DNA from: Clostridia bacterium
Lineage (GTDB): Bacteria; Bacillota; Clostridia; Oscillospirales; CAG-272
Assembly (NCBI GenBank): GCA_017937845.1
Contig: JAGBCV010000020.1
Span: 4,945 to 68,944, forward strand
Reading direction: 5' to 3'
Length of the DNA: 64,000 nucleotides
Shown here one piece after another: positions 46,640 to 55,640 of the stretch. Each line of letters opens with the position of its first letter. The first letter of the stretch is position 1. The position numbers and the translations under genes are program-made. Under the pieces are notes generated by a model. The model was not told the DNA's origin. It worked only from the letters and a program-made list of their open reading frames with translations, and searched no databases.

Positions 46640-46695
46640 GAAAAATCCCTTTTGCGATAAAAATGCCGTCAAGGACGGCGGATTGGAGATATATC

Positions 46696-48825
46696 ATGAA
46701 AATTTCAATGGCATATGAAGCGCGCATTTCCGAAATACTTGCGGAAATGACGCTTGAAGAAAAGATCGCGCAGATGCAACAGGTAAGCCCCGAATCGTTT
46801 CGCCCCGAAGTATTTGAAAACTTCCGTAAGCTCGGCGGAGGTTCGTTTTTGCACGTGCTCGGCAAGGATGCGGACGCTGTCCGCGCCGACGCGGAAAATA
46901 CGCGCATGAAGATCCCGCCGATCTTCGGTATCGATGCGATCCATGGTCATTCGCTTCTCAATGGCGCGGTCATCTATCCCTCTCAGCTTGCGATGGCTTG
47001 CTCTTGGAATCCCTCGCTTATCAAAAAGATGGGCAAGGCGACCGCGGAGGAGGTCAATGCGGACGGTCTGGATTGGGTATTCTCTCCCGTGCTTTGCATC
47101 GGACGCGATACCCGTTGGGGCAGAGTGGATGAAACCTTTGGTGAGGACCCGTATCTTGTCGGTACGCTTGCCGCGGCGATCACCGAAGGCTACGAGGAGG
47201 ACGGACTTGTCGCCGCTTGTCTGAAGCATTATATCGGCTATGGCGAGGAAACGGGCGCACGCGATGCGTATGATACGGAGATCTCTATGAGAAAGATCCG
47301 TGAAGTCTTTTTGCCTCCGTTTCGCCGTGCTGTGGAAGCGGGGGCTTCGACCGTCATGACGGCTTACGGCTCGATCTCCGGCGTTCCCATGACCGCGCAC
47401 AGACAGCTTCTTCGTGAAGTCTTGAAGGACGAGCTTGGCTTTGACGGCTTCGTCGTGACCGATTGGTATAATGTCGGCTCGCTCCGTACCAAGCAAAAGG
47501 CGGTGGAAAGCTTTGCGGATGGCGTTCGCGTGACTGTGGAATCGGGTAACGATATGAGCATGAACTCCTATCAGTTCTATGAACACGCGATCCGTCTTGT
47601 CAAGGAAGGCAAGCTTTCGATGGAACTCATTGATGAAGCGGTGCGCCGTATCCTTCGTGTGAAATTCTCGCTTGGTTTGTTTGATGAAAATAAAAAGCGT
47701 ATGCCGAAAGAATGTATCGGCTCGAAGGAGCATATCGAGATCAATCACGCGCTGACATGCGAAAGCCTCGTTTTGCTGGAAAATAACGGCGTTCTTCCGC
47801 TGAAAGAAACGCCGAAAAAGATTGCCGTTGTCGGTCCGAATGCGGACGATATCCGAGCACAATACGGCGACTGGACGTTTTTCAGCCATCCCAACCGCGC
47901 TCCCGAGGATACGATGCCCAAGGGTGATTATTACACCGTTCTCCGCGGCCTCAAGACCGTTTTCGCTGACAGCGAGGTGGCGTATGCGAAAGGCTGCGAC
48001 GTGATGGGCTATTCTGCGGACACCATGATGAATGAAGCCATCGCGCTTGCCGAAGATGCTGACGTCGTCATTGCCGTGATTGGCGATATCCTCGCGCAAA
48101 ACGGCGAAGGAAAGGATAGAGCCGTTCTCGAGCTTTCGGGCAGACAGGGCGAGCTTATCCGCAAGCTCAAGGCGACGGGTAAGCCCGTCATTACCGTGCT
48201 TGTAAACGGCAAACCGCTTTGCCTTGGCGATGTCATTGAAAATTCCGATGCGCTCATTGAAACGTTCAACGGCGGCGACCTTGGCGGTCTTTGTGCGGCG
48301 GAAATGATCGCGGGCAAATTCAATCCGAGTGGTAAGCTCCCCATTTCGTTCCCGCGTGCCTCGGGACAGGTTCCGTGCTATTATAATCAGTACGCAGGCT
48401 GGCATGCGACAAAATACATGGATGTGGACGAGGGAAGTCGTTACGATTTCGGTTACGGACTTTCCTATACGAACTATGAATATAAAAATCTTGCGATCTC
48501 TGCCGATACCGCGAAGGCGGGCGACGTTCTGACCGTTTCCGTGGATATTACCAACACGGGCGATATGGACGGCGCGGAGATCGTGGAGATGTATTACAAC
48601 GACCTTTACAGCTCGGTTCTCACACCCACAAGACAGCTTTGTGGTTTTACAAAGGTGTTCGTCGGGGCAGGGGAAACGGTTCACGTGGAGCTTCCGCTTG
48701 CGGTGAATGACCTTTCGCTCGTCAATGCGAATTGCGAGACCGTTCTCGAACCCGGTGATTTTGAGATCATGGTCGGCGGCAGTCTTGCGACCTTGCAGAC
48801 CGTAGCGCTGAAAATTACGGAATAA
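46696..48825 (+). CDS. Glycoside hydrolase family 3 beta-glucosidase/xylosidase (canonical domain order)
   Basis: About 709 aa starting from ATG 46696 (after GGAGAT). KHYIGYG block, GFVVTDW nucleophile block, and a C-terminal Fn3-like domain. No signal peptide. Confidence 0.88.
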   Translation: MKISMAYEARISEILAEMTLEEKIAQMQQVSPESFRPEVFENFRKLGGGSFLHVLGKDADAVRADAENTRMKIPPIFGIDAIHGHSLLNGAVIYPSQLAMACSWNPSLIKKMGKATAEEVNADGLDWVFSPVLCIGRDTRWGRVDETFGEDPYLVGTLAAAITEGYEEDGLVAACLKHYIGYGEETGARDAYDTEISMRKIREVFLPPFRRAVEAGASTVMTAYGSISGVPMTAHRQLLREVLKDELGFDGFVVTDWYNVGSLRTKQKAVESFADGVRVTVESGNDMSMNSYQFYEHAIRLVKEGKLSMELIDEAVRRILRVKFSLGLFDENKKRMPKECIGSKEHIEINHALTCESLVLLENNGVLPLKETPKKIAVVGPNADDIRAQYGDWTFFSHPNRAPEDTMPKGDYYTVLRGLKTVFADSEVAYAKGCDVMGYSADTMMNEAIALAEDADVVIAVIGDILAQNGEGKDRAVLELSGRQGELIRKLKATGKPVITVLVNGKPLCLGDVIENSDALIETFNGGDLGGLCAAEMIAGKFNPSGKLPISFPRASGQVPCYYNQYAGWHATKYMDVDEGSRYDFGYGLSYTNYEYKNLAISADTAKAGDVLTVSVDITNTGDMDGAEIVEMYYNDLYSSVLTPTRQLCGFTKVFVGAGETVHVELPLAVNDLSLVNANCETVLEPGDFEIMVGGSLATLQTVALKITE

Positions 48826-48865
48826 AACGAAAAGACCCGAAAGGGTCTTTTCGTTTTATTCCGTA
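48816..48865 (+). terminator. 23-bp perfect hairpin overlapping the GH3 stop codon
   Basis: TACGGAATAAAACGAAAAGACCC-GAAA-GGGTCTTTTCGTTTTATTCCGTA. The left arm contains the last three codons and the TAA. Confidence 0.65.
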
Positions 48866-48897
48866 GAGAAGAGAGAAGAAAGAAAAGAGAAAAGAAG
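48866..48897 (+). repeat. Purine word tract RE-D (GAGAAGAGAGAAGAAAGAAAAGAGAAAAGAAG)
   Basis: This is the complement-sense version of the pyrimidine tracts at 14141 and 55771. Confidence 0.5.
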
Positions 48898-49055
48898 CGG
48901 TGTCCGCTATGCGGACGAACCATAAAAATGGCAGGTGATTTTGGGTGCAGACCCGCCGACTGTTCGTCAAAGCGAACACCTTTTCACTCTTTATATTTCA
49001 CCATTCAAAGCCCAAAGACTCGAAAGGGTATTTTTGTTTTAGGAAAATTGTATAG

Positions 49056-49146
49056 TGCTTGCTCGAAATCGATCTCGCCGTTTTGCTGTGGTTAAAGATG
49101 CAGAACGGCTGAGATAGGCGAGCAATTTCCTGTGGGCGTTGCCCAC
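49056..49146 (+). repeat. Intergenic repeat family RE-B, copy 1
   Basis: TGCTTGCTCGAAATCGATCTCGCCGTTTTGCTGTG..GATAGGCGAGCAATTTCCTGTGGGCGTTGCCCAC. It abuts the stop of the GH3 gene at 49146. Confidence 0.8.
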
Positions 49147-51461
49147 TATTCTACCCAGAGGATCATTTCAAGGATACGTTTCGCGCAGATCGCCATTTCA
49201 TCTCTTGTGATAAGACCTTGGGCATAAGGCTCTTTGAGCTGTCCTTCCTGTCTTGCGGGCATACGGATGTCGTTTCCTGCTTTGACTTCCTTGTAATGCT
49301 TCGCTGTGTTCGACCAGTCGGTCGTGAGCATTCCTTCATAGCCCCATTCGCCGCGCAAAATACCTGTGATCAGCTCGGCGCTTTCGGAGGTATGCACGCC
49401 GTTTAAGAGATTATACGAGGTCATGATCATTTTCGGCGCGGATTCTTTCACGCAGATCTCAAAGCCTTTGAGATAGATCTCACGCAAAGCACGCTCGGAC
49501 ATGATGGAATCGGATTCGATGCGGTTGGTTTCCTTGTTGTTTGCCGCGAAATGCTTCGGTGTGGCAACGACCTTTGCAGATTGGATACCGCGAACCATTG
49601 CCGCCGCCATCTTGCCTGCGATGAGCGGATCTTCGGAATAATATTCAAAGTTTCTGCCGCAGAGCGGGCTTCTGTGGATATTGAGCGCGGGGGTGAGCCA
49701 TATCTGAATGTTGTTTTCCTTACATTCAAGCGCGCCTGCCTTGCCGACCTCTTCCACAAGCTCGGTATTCCAAGAAGCGGCGAGCGCCGTGGCAATCGGG
49801 AATGCCGTGGTGCGGATACCGCGTTTTGGATGCAAACGAAGTCCTGCGGGTCCGTCTGCCGTTGCGATCGGCGGGATTCTGTATCGATTTTCATAGCCGC
49901 CCATCGTACCTGTATTGGCAACGCCTGTATTGCGCTTGCCGACAAGCACGTCCATGAGGTCTTCATCGCTCATCTGCGAGATGAACTCGTCAAGCGTTGC
50001 TTTGCCCTCGTCAACGTCATAAAGCTCAATGACCTTTTCAAGCGGCTTGTATTCGTTGTGATATGCCACGGGGAAGGTCTTTTCCGCATCCTCGCGGGCA
50101 GGAACATCGCGCAGCGTGCCGTCTGCAAGCAAACGCTTTTCAAGCTTGCGAGGCGCACAATAGGAATTTAATTTCTCGACGATAACGTCTTCCTTGAGCG
50201 TATAGGTGTAATCCGCGCAAACGGTATCGCGCACAGACGAGCCGACAAAGAAGCGGTAATCCCCTTTTTCAAGCACGTACGCGCTCTTTTCGATATCGCC
50301 CATATCGTCGTAGCTTGCCATATCGCGGATATCAAAGGTCATGCTGACGGTGCAGGATTTGCCTGCCTCCAAAAGAGGCGTTTTTTGGAACGCGATCAGC
50401 GCGATCTTTTCCTTGGAGATCTTGCCCTCGGGTGCGCTGTAATAGACCTCGACGACTTCCTTTCCTGCGCGGCTACCTGTGTTTGTCACCTTGGCGCTGA
50501 CGAAGATTTGTTCTTCGTTGCCTCCGACGAATACGTTAGATATCTCAAAGGTCGTATAGGTAATACCATAGCCGAACGGATAGACGACAGCGTCCTTTTT
50601 GCCCGGGATCGTTTCAAAATAACGGTATCCGACGAAGATATCCTCTGTATATTTGACGTAATCCTCGGATTCATGGAAGCTCGCGGAGGAGGGGTAATCC
50701 TCGAATTTTTCGGCACAGGTATCGACGAGCTTGCCGCTTGGCGCATCGTCGCCGACGAGCATATCCGCCGCCGCAAGACCGCCCTCAAGTCCGCCCTGCC
50801 AAATGAGAAGCGCAGATTTTACCTTGTCGTTCTTGGCAAACCAAGAGGTATCGATCATCGCGCCTACGTTCAGCAGAACGACGACGTTTTCAAAGCTTGC
50901 GAGAACGTCGGCAACCATTTTCTTTTCGCCGTCCTCAAGCTCGAAATATTTGTCTTCGCCGTCGTTTCGTCTGTCATAGCCCTCGCCCGAGAAACGGCAA
51001 ATGGTGATGATGGCGGTGTCGGTAAATGCTCTTGCCGAACGGAGAAGCTCTTCGGGGATCTCAGGCTCGGTGAGTCTGCCGTTTTCGCCGCCGTTCTTGT
51101 AGGCGTTTACAACGTGATCCGTATAGAAAAGGGAGAGAGAATCGAATACCTCGACCTTGCCCTCTTTCATCTTCAGACCGTCGTAAATGTTTCGTGTATA
51201 CGGTACGAAAACATCGCCCGAGCCGCTTCCGCCCTTGACGTAATCGATCTGCGCATTGCCGAAGATAGCGACCTTTTTGCCTTTTTCGAGAGGCAAAAAT
51301 CCGTTTTCGTTTTTCAGCAATACCGCACCCTCGCAGGCGGCACGGCGGGAAAGCGCGATGTGCTTTTCGCAAGCTGTGATGCACGAACGGTTATCACCCA
51401 AGGGGATGCAGGGGAGAAATCTGGCTCTGAGCCATTTTTCGGTTGGATAATACTGTTGCAT
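49146..51461 (-). CDS. Glycoside hydrolase family 3 beta-glucosidase with inverted domain order
   Basis: 771 aa. The alpha/beta sandwich and Fn3-like parts come first. The KHFAANNKETNR block is near aa 636 and the TTDW nucleophile block near aa 715. Confidence 0.85.
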   Translation of the reverse strand: MQQYYPTEKWLRARFLPCIPLGDNRSCITACEKHIALSRRAACEGAVLLKNENGFLPLEKGKKVAIFGNAQIDYVKGGSGSGDVFVPYTRNIYDGLKMKEGKVEVFDSLSLFYTDHVVNAYKNGGENGRLTEPEIPEELLRSARAFTDTAIITICRFSGEGYDRRNDGEDKYFELEDGEKKMVADVLASFENVVVLLNVGAMIDTSWFAKNDKVKSALLIWQGGLEGGLAAADMLVGDDAPSGKLVDTCAEKFEDYPSSASFHESEDYVKYTEDIFVGYRYFETIPGKKDAVVYPFGYGITYTTFEISNVFVGGNEEQIFVSAKVTNTGSRAGKEVVEVYYSAPEGKISKEKIALIAFQKTPLLEAGKSCTVSMTFDIRDMASYDDMGDIEKSAYVLEKGDYRFFVGSSVRDTVCADYTYTLKEDVIVEKLNSYCAPRKLEKRLLADGTLRDVPAREDAEKTFPVAYHNEYKPLEKVIELYDVDEGKATLDEFISQMSDEDLMDVLVGKRNTGVANTGTMGGYENRYRIPPIATADGPAGLRLHPKRGIRTTAFPIATALAASWNTELVEEVGKAGALECKENNIQIWLTPALNIHRSPLCGRNFEYYSEDPLIAGKMAAAMVRGIQSAKVVATPKHFAANNKETNRIESDSIMSERALREIYLKGFEICVKESAPKMIMTSYNLLNGVHTSESAELITGILRGEWGYEGMLTTDWSNTAKHYKEVKAGNDIRMPARQEGQLKEPYAQGLITRDEMAICAKRILEMILWVE

Positions 51462-51502
51462 GAGATAGCCTACCTTTCATGATGTTTTTTATTATGGAAA
51501 AA

Positions 51503-51588
51503 TGCTTGAATCGATCTCGCCGTTTTGCTGTATTTGGGATACATAAAAAGCTATGATAGGCGAGCAACATCCAGCGGGCGTTGCCCGC
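51503..51588 (+). repeat. Intergenic repeat family RE-B, copy 2
   Basis: TGCTTGAATCGATCTCGCCGTTTTGCTGTA..GATAGGCGAGCAACATCCAGCGGGCGTTGCCCGC, followed by TTTTT. Same orientation as copy 1. Confidence 0.8.
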
Positions 51589-51652
51589 TTTTTGCCCTCA
51601 TTATAATATATAAATATCGATTTGTCAATCTTTATTTTTGTATGCTATATAC

Positions 51653-51687
51653 AAAAAACCCTCCGCTATCCAAGGGATAGCGGAGGG
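51653..51687 (-). terminator. Intrinsic terminator after ispH/rpsA
   Basis: Minus strand: CCCTCCGCTATCC-loop-GGATAGCGGAGGG (13 bp) followed by TTTTTTG. Confidence 0.85.
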
Positions 51688-51713
51688 TATGCTTCTCTTA
51701 TGGAGATGCTTGC

Positions 51714-53705
51714 TTATTCAGCGTCAGCTGCGGGAGCTTCTTCCGCTGCTGCTTCTGCTTCTTCGAGAAGAACGCGGATGGAAAGGCTTACCTTGCAGTT
51801 TTCGGTGTCGATGTCGATGATCTTCGCATCAACTACCTGACCCTTTTCAAGAACTTCAGCAGGGCTTGCGAGCTTCTTGTTTGCGATCTGGGAGATGTGG
51901 ATAAGACCGTCAACGCCGGGAATGATCTGTGCGAATGCACCGAAGGGCATCATGGAAACGATGGTTACGGGTGCAACGTCGCCGATGGAATACTTATCGG
52001 TGAAGAGCTTCCAAGGATTGGTGTCTTCTGTCTTGTAGCCAAGAGAGATTCTGTTCTTTTCCTGGTCGAAGTCCTTAACGAATACTTCGAGAGTATCGCC
52101 GATGGAAACAACGTCCTTGGGAGAAGAGATTCTGAGCCAAGAGAGCTCGGAGCTGTGAACCATACCGTCAACGCCGCCGAGATCAACGAATGCGCCGTAG
52201 GATGTGAGGCTCTTGACCTTACCTGTGTAGTGCTTGCCTACTTCGATCTCTGCCCAGAATTTTTCGAGAAGTGCTTTTCTTTCTTCTCTTGCAACGACAC
52301 GGATGGAGCCGACTGCGCGACGGCGGTCTTCCTTGATGTCGATGATCTTGAACTTCTGAACGGTGCCGACGATGGAAGAAAGGTCGCCATCCTTCGGAAC
52401 GGTGGTCTGGGATGCAGGAATGAATACCTTCTGTGCAAGAACAGAGATGATAACGCCGCCCTTAACTGCTTCGATAACCTTGCCTTCAAGAACGGTTTCA
52501 GCTTCCTTAGCTTCTACGATCTTGGACCAGTTGTTGTGTGCATCGATCTTTTTCTTGGAAAGAGTTGCGATGCCGTCAAGGTCGCTTACGCGAACGGCAA
52601 CTGCTTCTACCTCGTCGCCAACCTTAAAGAGATCTTCAAGCTTTGCCTGAGGATCGTCGGTAACGTTGTCAAGGGTAAGGATACCGGTTACCTTGGAACC
52701 GATGTCTACATGGACTTCAGTGCCTGTTACCGATGTAACGATGCCGTGTACGGTGTCTCCTGTATTTAATGTTTTGAAAGATTTTTCAAGAAGTTGTGCG
52801 AAATTTTCCTGTTCGCTCATGGTGTTTTGTACCTCCTCAATGATGTAGCCGGGCGTGGAAGCTCCGGCCGCGATGCCGATCGTGCCGGTCATCTCTTTAA
52901 TATGGAACGGAATGGACGCGGCGGTTTCGATGAGATGCGTTTCGGGACAGTTCTGCCGGCTGATGTCGTAGAGCTTTTTGGTGTTGGAACTTTCAAGCCC
53001 CCCTACGACGAGCATAGCGTCACATTCACGCGAAAGTGCATCGACTTCTTTTTGGCGCGTTTCCGTAACATTACATATTGTATCAAAAAATAATCCATTT
53101 GTATATAGTTTTTCAAGAAATTTTTTGCTTTTTTGATAATCTTCCAAATTGTGTGTCGTTTGTGACGCGGAAATGATTTTTTTAGATGCAATCTTTTGAC
53201 ACTCTCCGCGCTCATGCGCCGCTTTTAAGTCTTCCAGAGAGGAAAAAATGCGGTACTCGCCCTTGATATAGCTCGAAATGCCGATGACCTCGGGATGCTT
53301 CTCGCTGCCGAAAAGAAACGTGAAGGTATCCTCTGCGGTATTCTCTTTCATAATTTTATAGATCTTGGCAACGAACGGGCAGGTCATATCGAGCACTTCG
53401 GCTCTCGGGTGCTTTTCTGCAAAGGCTTCGAGCTTTTCCTTGACCGTGCAGGGTACGCCATGGGTACGAATGACAAAAATGGAATTATCGGGTGCGGTTT
53501 TCAAGACCTCGTCGACTTCGTTTTCTTCGATGACGGAAACGCCGTTTTGAGCAAGACGCTCGTTGACGTTCGGGTTATGAATGAGAGAGCCGATGGTATA
53601 GATCTTTGCATCGCGGCGTTCTTCTATGAGCGCGAAAACGGCATCGACGGCGCGTTTCACACCAAAGCAGAAGCCTGCGTATTTTGCGGTTTTGACGTTT
53701 CTCAT
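51714..53705 (-). CDS. ispH: Fusion of 4-hydroxy-3-methylbut-2-enyl diphosphate reductase (IspH) and ribosomal protein S1 repeats
   Basis: 663 aa. The N-terminal half is IspH (FCFGVKRAV, HNPNV). The C-terminal half has four S1 domains (e.g. GKHYTGKVKSLTSYGAFVDLGGVDGMVHSSE). Confidence 0.9.
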   Translation of the reverse strand: MRNVKTAKYAGFCFGVKRAVDAVFALIEERRDAKIYTIGSLIHNPNVNERLAQNGVSVIEENEVDEVLKTAPDNSIFVIRTHGVPCTVKEKLEAFAEKHPRAEVLDMTCPFVAKIYKIMKENTAEDTFTFLFGSEKHPEVIGISSYIKGEYRIFSSLEDLKAAHERGECQKIASKKIISASQTTHNLEDYQKSKKFLEKLYTNGLFFDTICNVTETRQKEVDALSRECDAMLVVGGLESSNTKKLYDISRQNCPETHLIETAASIPFHIKEMTGTIGIAAGASTPGYIIEEVQNTMSEQENFAQLLEKSFKTLNTGDTVHGIVTSVTGTEVHVDIGSKVTGILTLDNVTDDPQAKLEDLFKVGDEVEAVAVRVSDLDGIATLSKKKIDAHNNWSKIVEAKEAETVLEGKVIEAVKGGVIISVLAQKVFIPASQTTVPKDGDLSSIVGTVQKFKIIDIKEDRRRAVGSIRVVAREERKALLEKFWAEIEVGKHYTGKVKSLTSYGAFVDLGGVDGMVHSSELSWLRISSPKDVVSIGDTLEVFVKDFDQEKNRISLGYKTEDTNPWKLFTDKYSIGDVAPVTIVSMMPFGAFAQIIPGVDGLIHISQIANKKLASPAEVLEKGQVVDAKIIDIDTENCKVSLSIRVLLEEAEAAAEEAPAADAE

Positions 53706-54316
53706 GCTTCTTCTCCTTTCAGCTCGCAGATGCGAGTGAAGATGGTCTTTGCGGCTTCGTTGTATTCTGCCATGCCGCCCTTTTCAAAGCCAAGCTCCTC
53801 GTACTTGATGGGCTTGCCGATGATGACGGTGACCTTTCGGAACAGGCGGACGCGATGCTTTTCCGTTTTGATGTAAACGGGAAGCACGTTGCTTTTTGCG
53901 CGGTATGCCATAAGACCGACACCGCTTTTTGCTTGCTCGGGCTTGTGTTCCTCATGGGTGCGCGTGCCCTGCGGGAAAATGCCGATATAGCCGCCCTTTT
54001 TCAAAACGTCGATGGTCTGTGTGATGGCTTTGAGATCGACCTGTCCGCGGCTGACGGAGATCGTGCCGAACCAGCGCAGTATCGCGGCGAAGGGCTTGAA
54101 TTTGAAAAGCTCGCGTTTGGCGAAGAAATAGATCTGACGCTTCAAATTGAGCGCGAGAAAGAGAATGTCGTGGTTGCTGATGTGGTTCGCGCAGATCAAG
54201 CAGGGACCGTCCATCAGCTCGTTTTCCTGTCCGATGACCTCCATGCGGAAGAAAAGCTTATAAAAGGGCTTTACGACGATCTGCAAAAAACGGTAGAGCT
54301 TATTGATCTTTTTCAT
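53702..54316 (-). CDS. plsC: 1-acyl-sn-glycerol-3-phosphate acyltransferase
   Basis: NHISNHD (HxxxxD) and FPQGTR blocks. Confidence 0.85.
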   Translation of the reverse strand: MKKINKLYRFLQIVVKPFYKLFFRMEVIGQENELMDGPCLICANHISNHDILFLALNLKRQIYFFAKRELFKFKPFAAILRWFGTISVSRGQVDLKAITQTIDVLKKGGYIGIFPQGTRTHEEHKPEQAKSGVGLMAYRAKSNVLPVYIKTEKHRVRLFRKVTVIIGKPIKYEELGFEKGGMAEYNEAAKTIFTRICELKGEEA

Positions 54317-54993
54317 ACCGTTTCCCCCGCTTCCTTGGCTTTGTCCCGAATGATGGCGATGGCAAGGTCGATGACGGCATCAAAATCGCCCGAATTGTCG
54401 AGGAAGATTGCATCCTCTGCGGGAATCGCGGGGGCGATCTCACGAGTGCTGTCCTGACGGTCGCGCTCCGCCATGGCGGTCGCTACTTCTTCAAGCGTGA
54501 CGTTTTCGCCCTTGGCGATGAGCTCGTTATAACGGCGGCGTGCGCGTTCCGCATCGGAAACGGTCACGAAGAATTTTACCTGTGCATGGGGCAAAATGAC
54601 CGTGCCGATATCGCGTCCGTCCATGATGACGTTGTTTTCCTTGGCGATGGTTCTCTGTACGTCAAGAAGATGTGCGCGGACGGCGGGGATCGCGGAGACC
54701 TTGGAGGCGTAAGCGGAGATCTCATTCGTGCGGATAAGACCGCCGACGTCTTCTTCGCCGAGATAGATCTTCTGTTCGCCGTTTTCAAATCTCAAAGAGA
54801 TTTTGATTTCTGGGAGGGCGGCGGCAACAGCGTCTGTGTCTGTGGGCTCGATGCAGCGGCGTTTGACGGCAAGACCGATGGTACGGTACATCGCGCCTGT
54901 GTCGGTATAGATATAGCCGAGCTTTTTGGCGAGGGCTTTGGCAAGGGTGCTTTTTCCTGCACCCGAGGGTCCGTCGAGAGCAATGTTCATCAT
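54313..54993 (-). CDS. cmk: Cytidylate kinase
   Basis: IALDGPSGAGKST P-loop and DTGAMYR block. Confidence 0.93.
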   Translation of the reverse strand: MMNIALDGPSGAGKSTLAKALAKKLGYIYTDTGAMYRTIGLAVKRRCIEPTDTDAVAAALPEIKISLRFENGEQKIYLGEEDVGGLIRTNEISAYASKVSAIPAVRAHLLDVQRTIAKENNVIMDGRDIGTVILPHAQVKFFVTVSDAERARRRYNELIAKGENVTLEEVATAMAERDRQDSTREIAPAIPAEDAIFLDNSGDFDAVIDLAIAIIRDKAKEAGETV

Positions 54994-55048
54994 GATGGTG
55001 GGTTCCTTTCCGTGTGTTTTGTATTTTGTGCTTTTTTCAAAAAAATTT

Positions 55049-55086
55049 CACAATGTATTGATATTGTGTATATGATGTGGTATAAT
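55049..55086 (+). promoter_or_regulatory. Candidate TA-operon promoter with an overlapping inverted repeat
   Basis: TTGATA (55058), 17-nt spacer, TATAAT (55081). The inverted repeat CACAAT-N8-ATTGTG (55049-55068) spans the -35. Confidence 0.5.
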
Positions 55087-55108
55087 AAGACTGAAAGGGA
55101 GTGATGAT

Positions 55109-55384
55109 ATGGCACAAGCTATGGTAAATATTCGTATGGATGAAGCTTTGAAAAGCGACTTTGAAGCGCTCTGCAACGATTTGGGACTCAATATGTCGAC
55201 CGCCATTACGATTTTCGCAAAGAAAATGGTGAGAGAAAACAGGATTCCTTTTGAGGTTTCCTTGGATCCCTTTTATGGCGAAAGAAACATGCGAGCGATT
55301 CATGAGAGCCGAGAACAGCTACTCAAAGGTCGGGTCGTTGTCAAATCGATGGAAGAATTAGAGGCAATGGCGACGGATGAGTAA
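55109..55384 (+). CDS. RelB/DinJ-family antitoxin
   Basis: 91 aa. The ribbon-helix-helix N-terminus VNIRMDEALKSDFEALCNDLGLNMSTAITIFAKKMVRENRIPFEV is DinJ-like. Confidence 0.85.
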   Translation: MAQAMVNIRMDEALKSDFEALCNDLGLNMSTAITIFAKKMVRENRIPFEVSLDPFYGERNMRAIHESREQLLKGRVVVKSMEELEAMATDE

Positions 55385-55640
55385 TCTATCTTTTTCGGAA
55401 AACGCATGGCAAGATTATCTATATTGGCAAACGCAGGATAAAAAGATACTGCGCCGAATCAATCAGCTTTTACAGGATATTTCCCGCAACGGCTATGATG
55501 GTTTGGGGAAGCCGGAACCTTTGAAGGGAAATTTGAGCGGCTTCTGGAGCCGTAGAATTGATGACACGCATCGATTGGTATATCGTGTTTCAGATGATAT
55601 GATTGAAATTTTGCAATGCCGCGGACATTACAACGATTGA
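55377..55640 (+). CDS. yoeB: Txe/YoeB-family toxin (ribosome-dependent mRNA interferase)
   Basis: 87 aa. AWQDYLYWQTQDKK, GKPEPLKGNLSGFWSRRIDDTHRLVYRV and CRGHY blocks. It overlaps the antitoxin gene by 8 nt. Confidence 0.9.
   Translation: MSNLSFSENAWQDYLYWQTQDKKILRRINQLLQDISRNGYDGLGKPEPLKGNLSGFWSRRIDDTHRLVYRVSDDMIEILQCRGHYND

Noticed and set aside
46386-46640. The chromosomal replication origin (oriC), as an explanation for the DnaA-box-like cluster
   Set aside because: No dnaA, dnaN or other origin-linked genes are nearby. There is no coherent switch of gene orientation at this point. The AT-rich stretch is short (about 25 nt). The boxes overlap promoters and an MraZ-type operator. A regulatory or titration cluster is more plausible, although only a genome-wide skew and box analysis can exclude oriC.
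46705-48684. A 659-aa minus-strand ORF, together with similar long antisense ORFs at 293-1795, 1557-3218, 3653-5557, 14329-15663, 19055-20365, 25066-26166, 39147-40739, 43661-44503, 50385-51482 and 57497-58999
   Set aside because: Each is the mirror frame of a gene with clear family motifs. None has a recognisable domain or translation signals.
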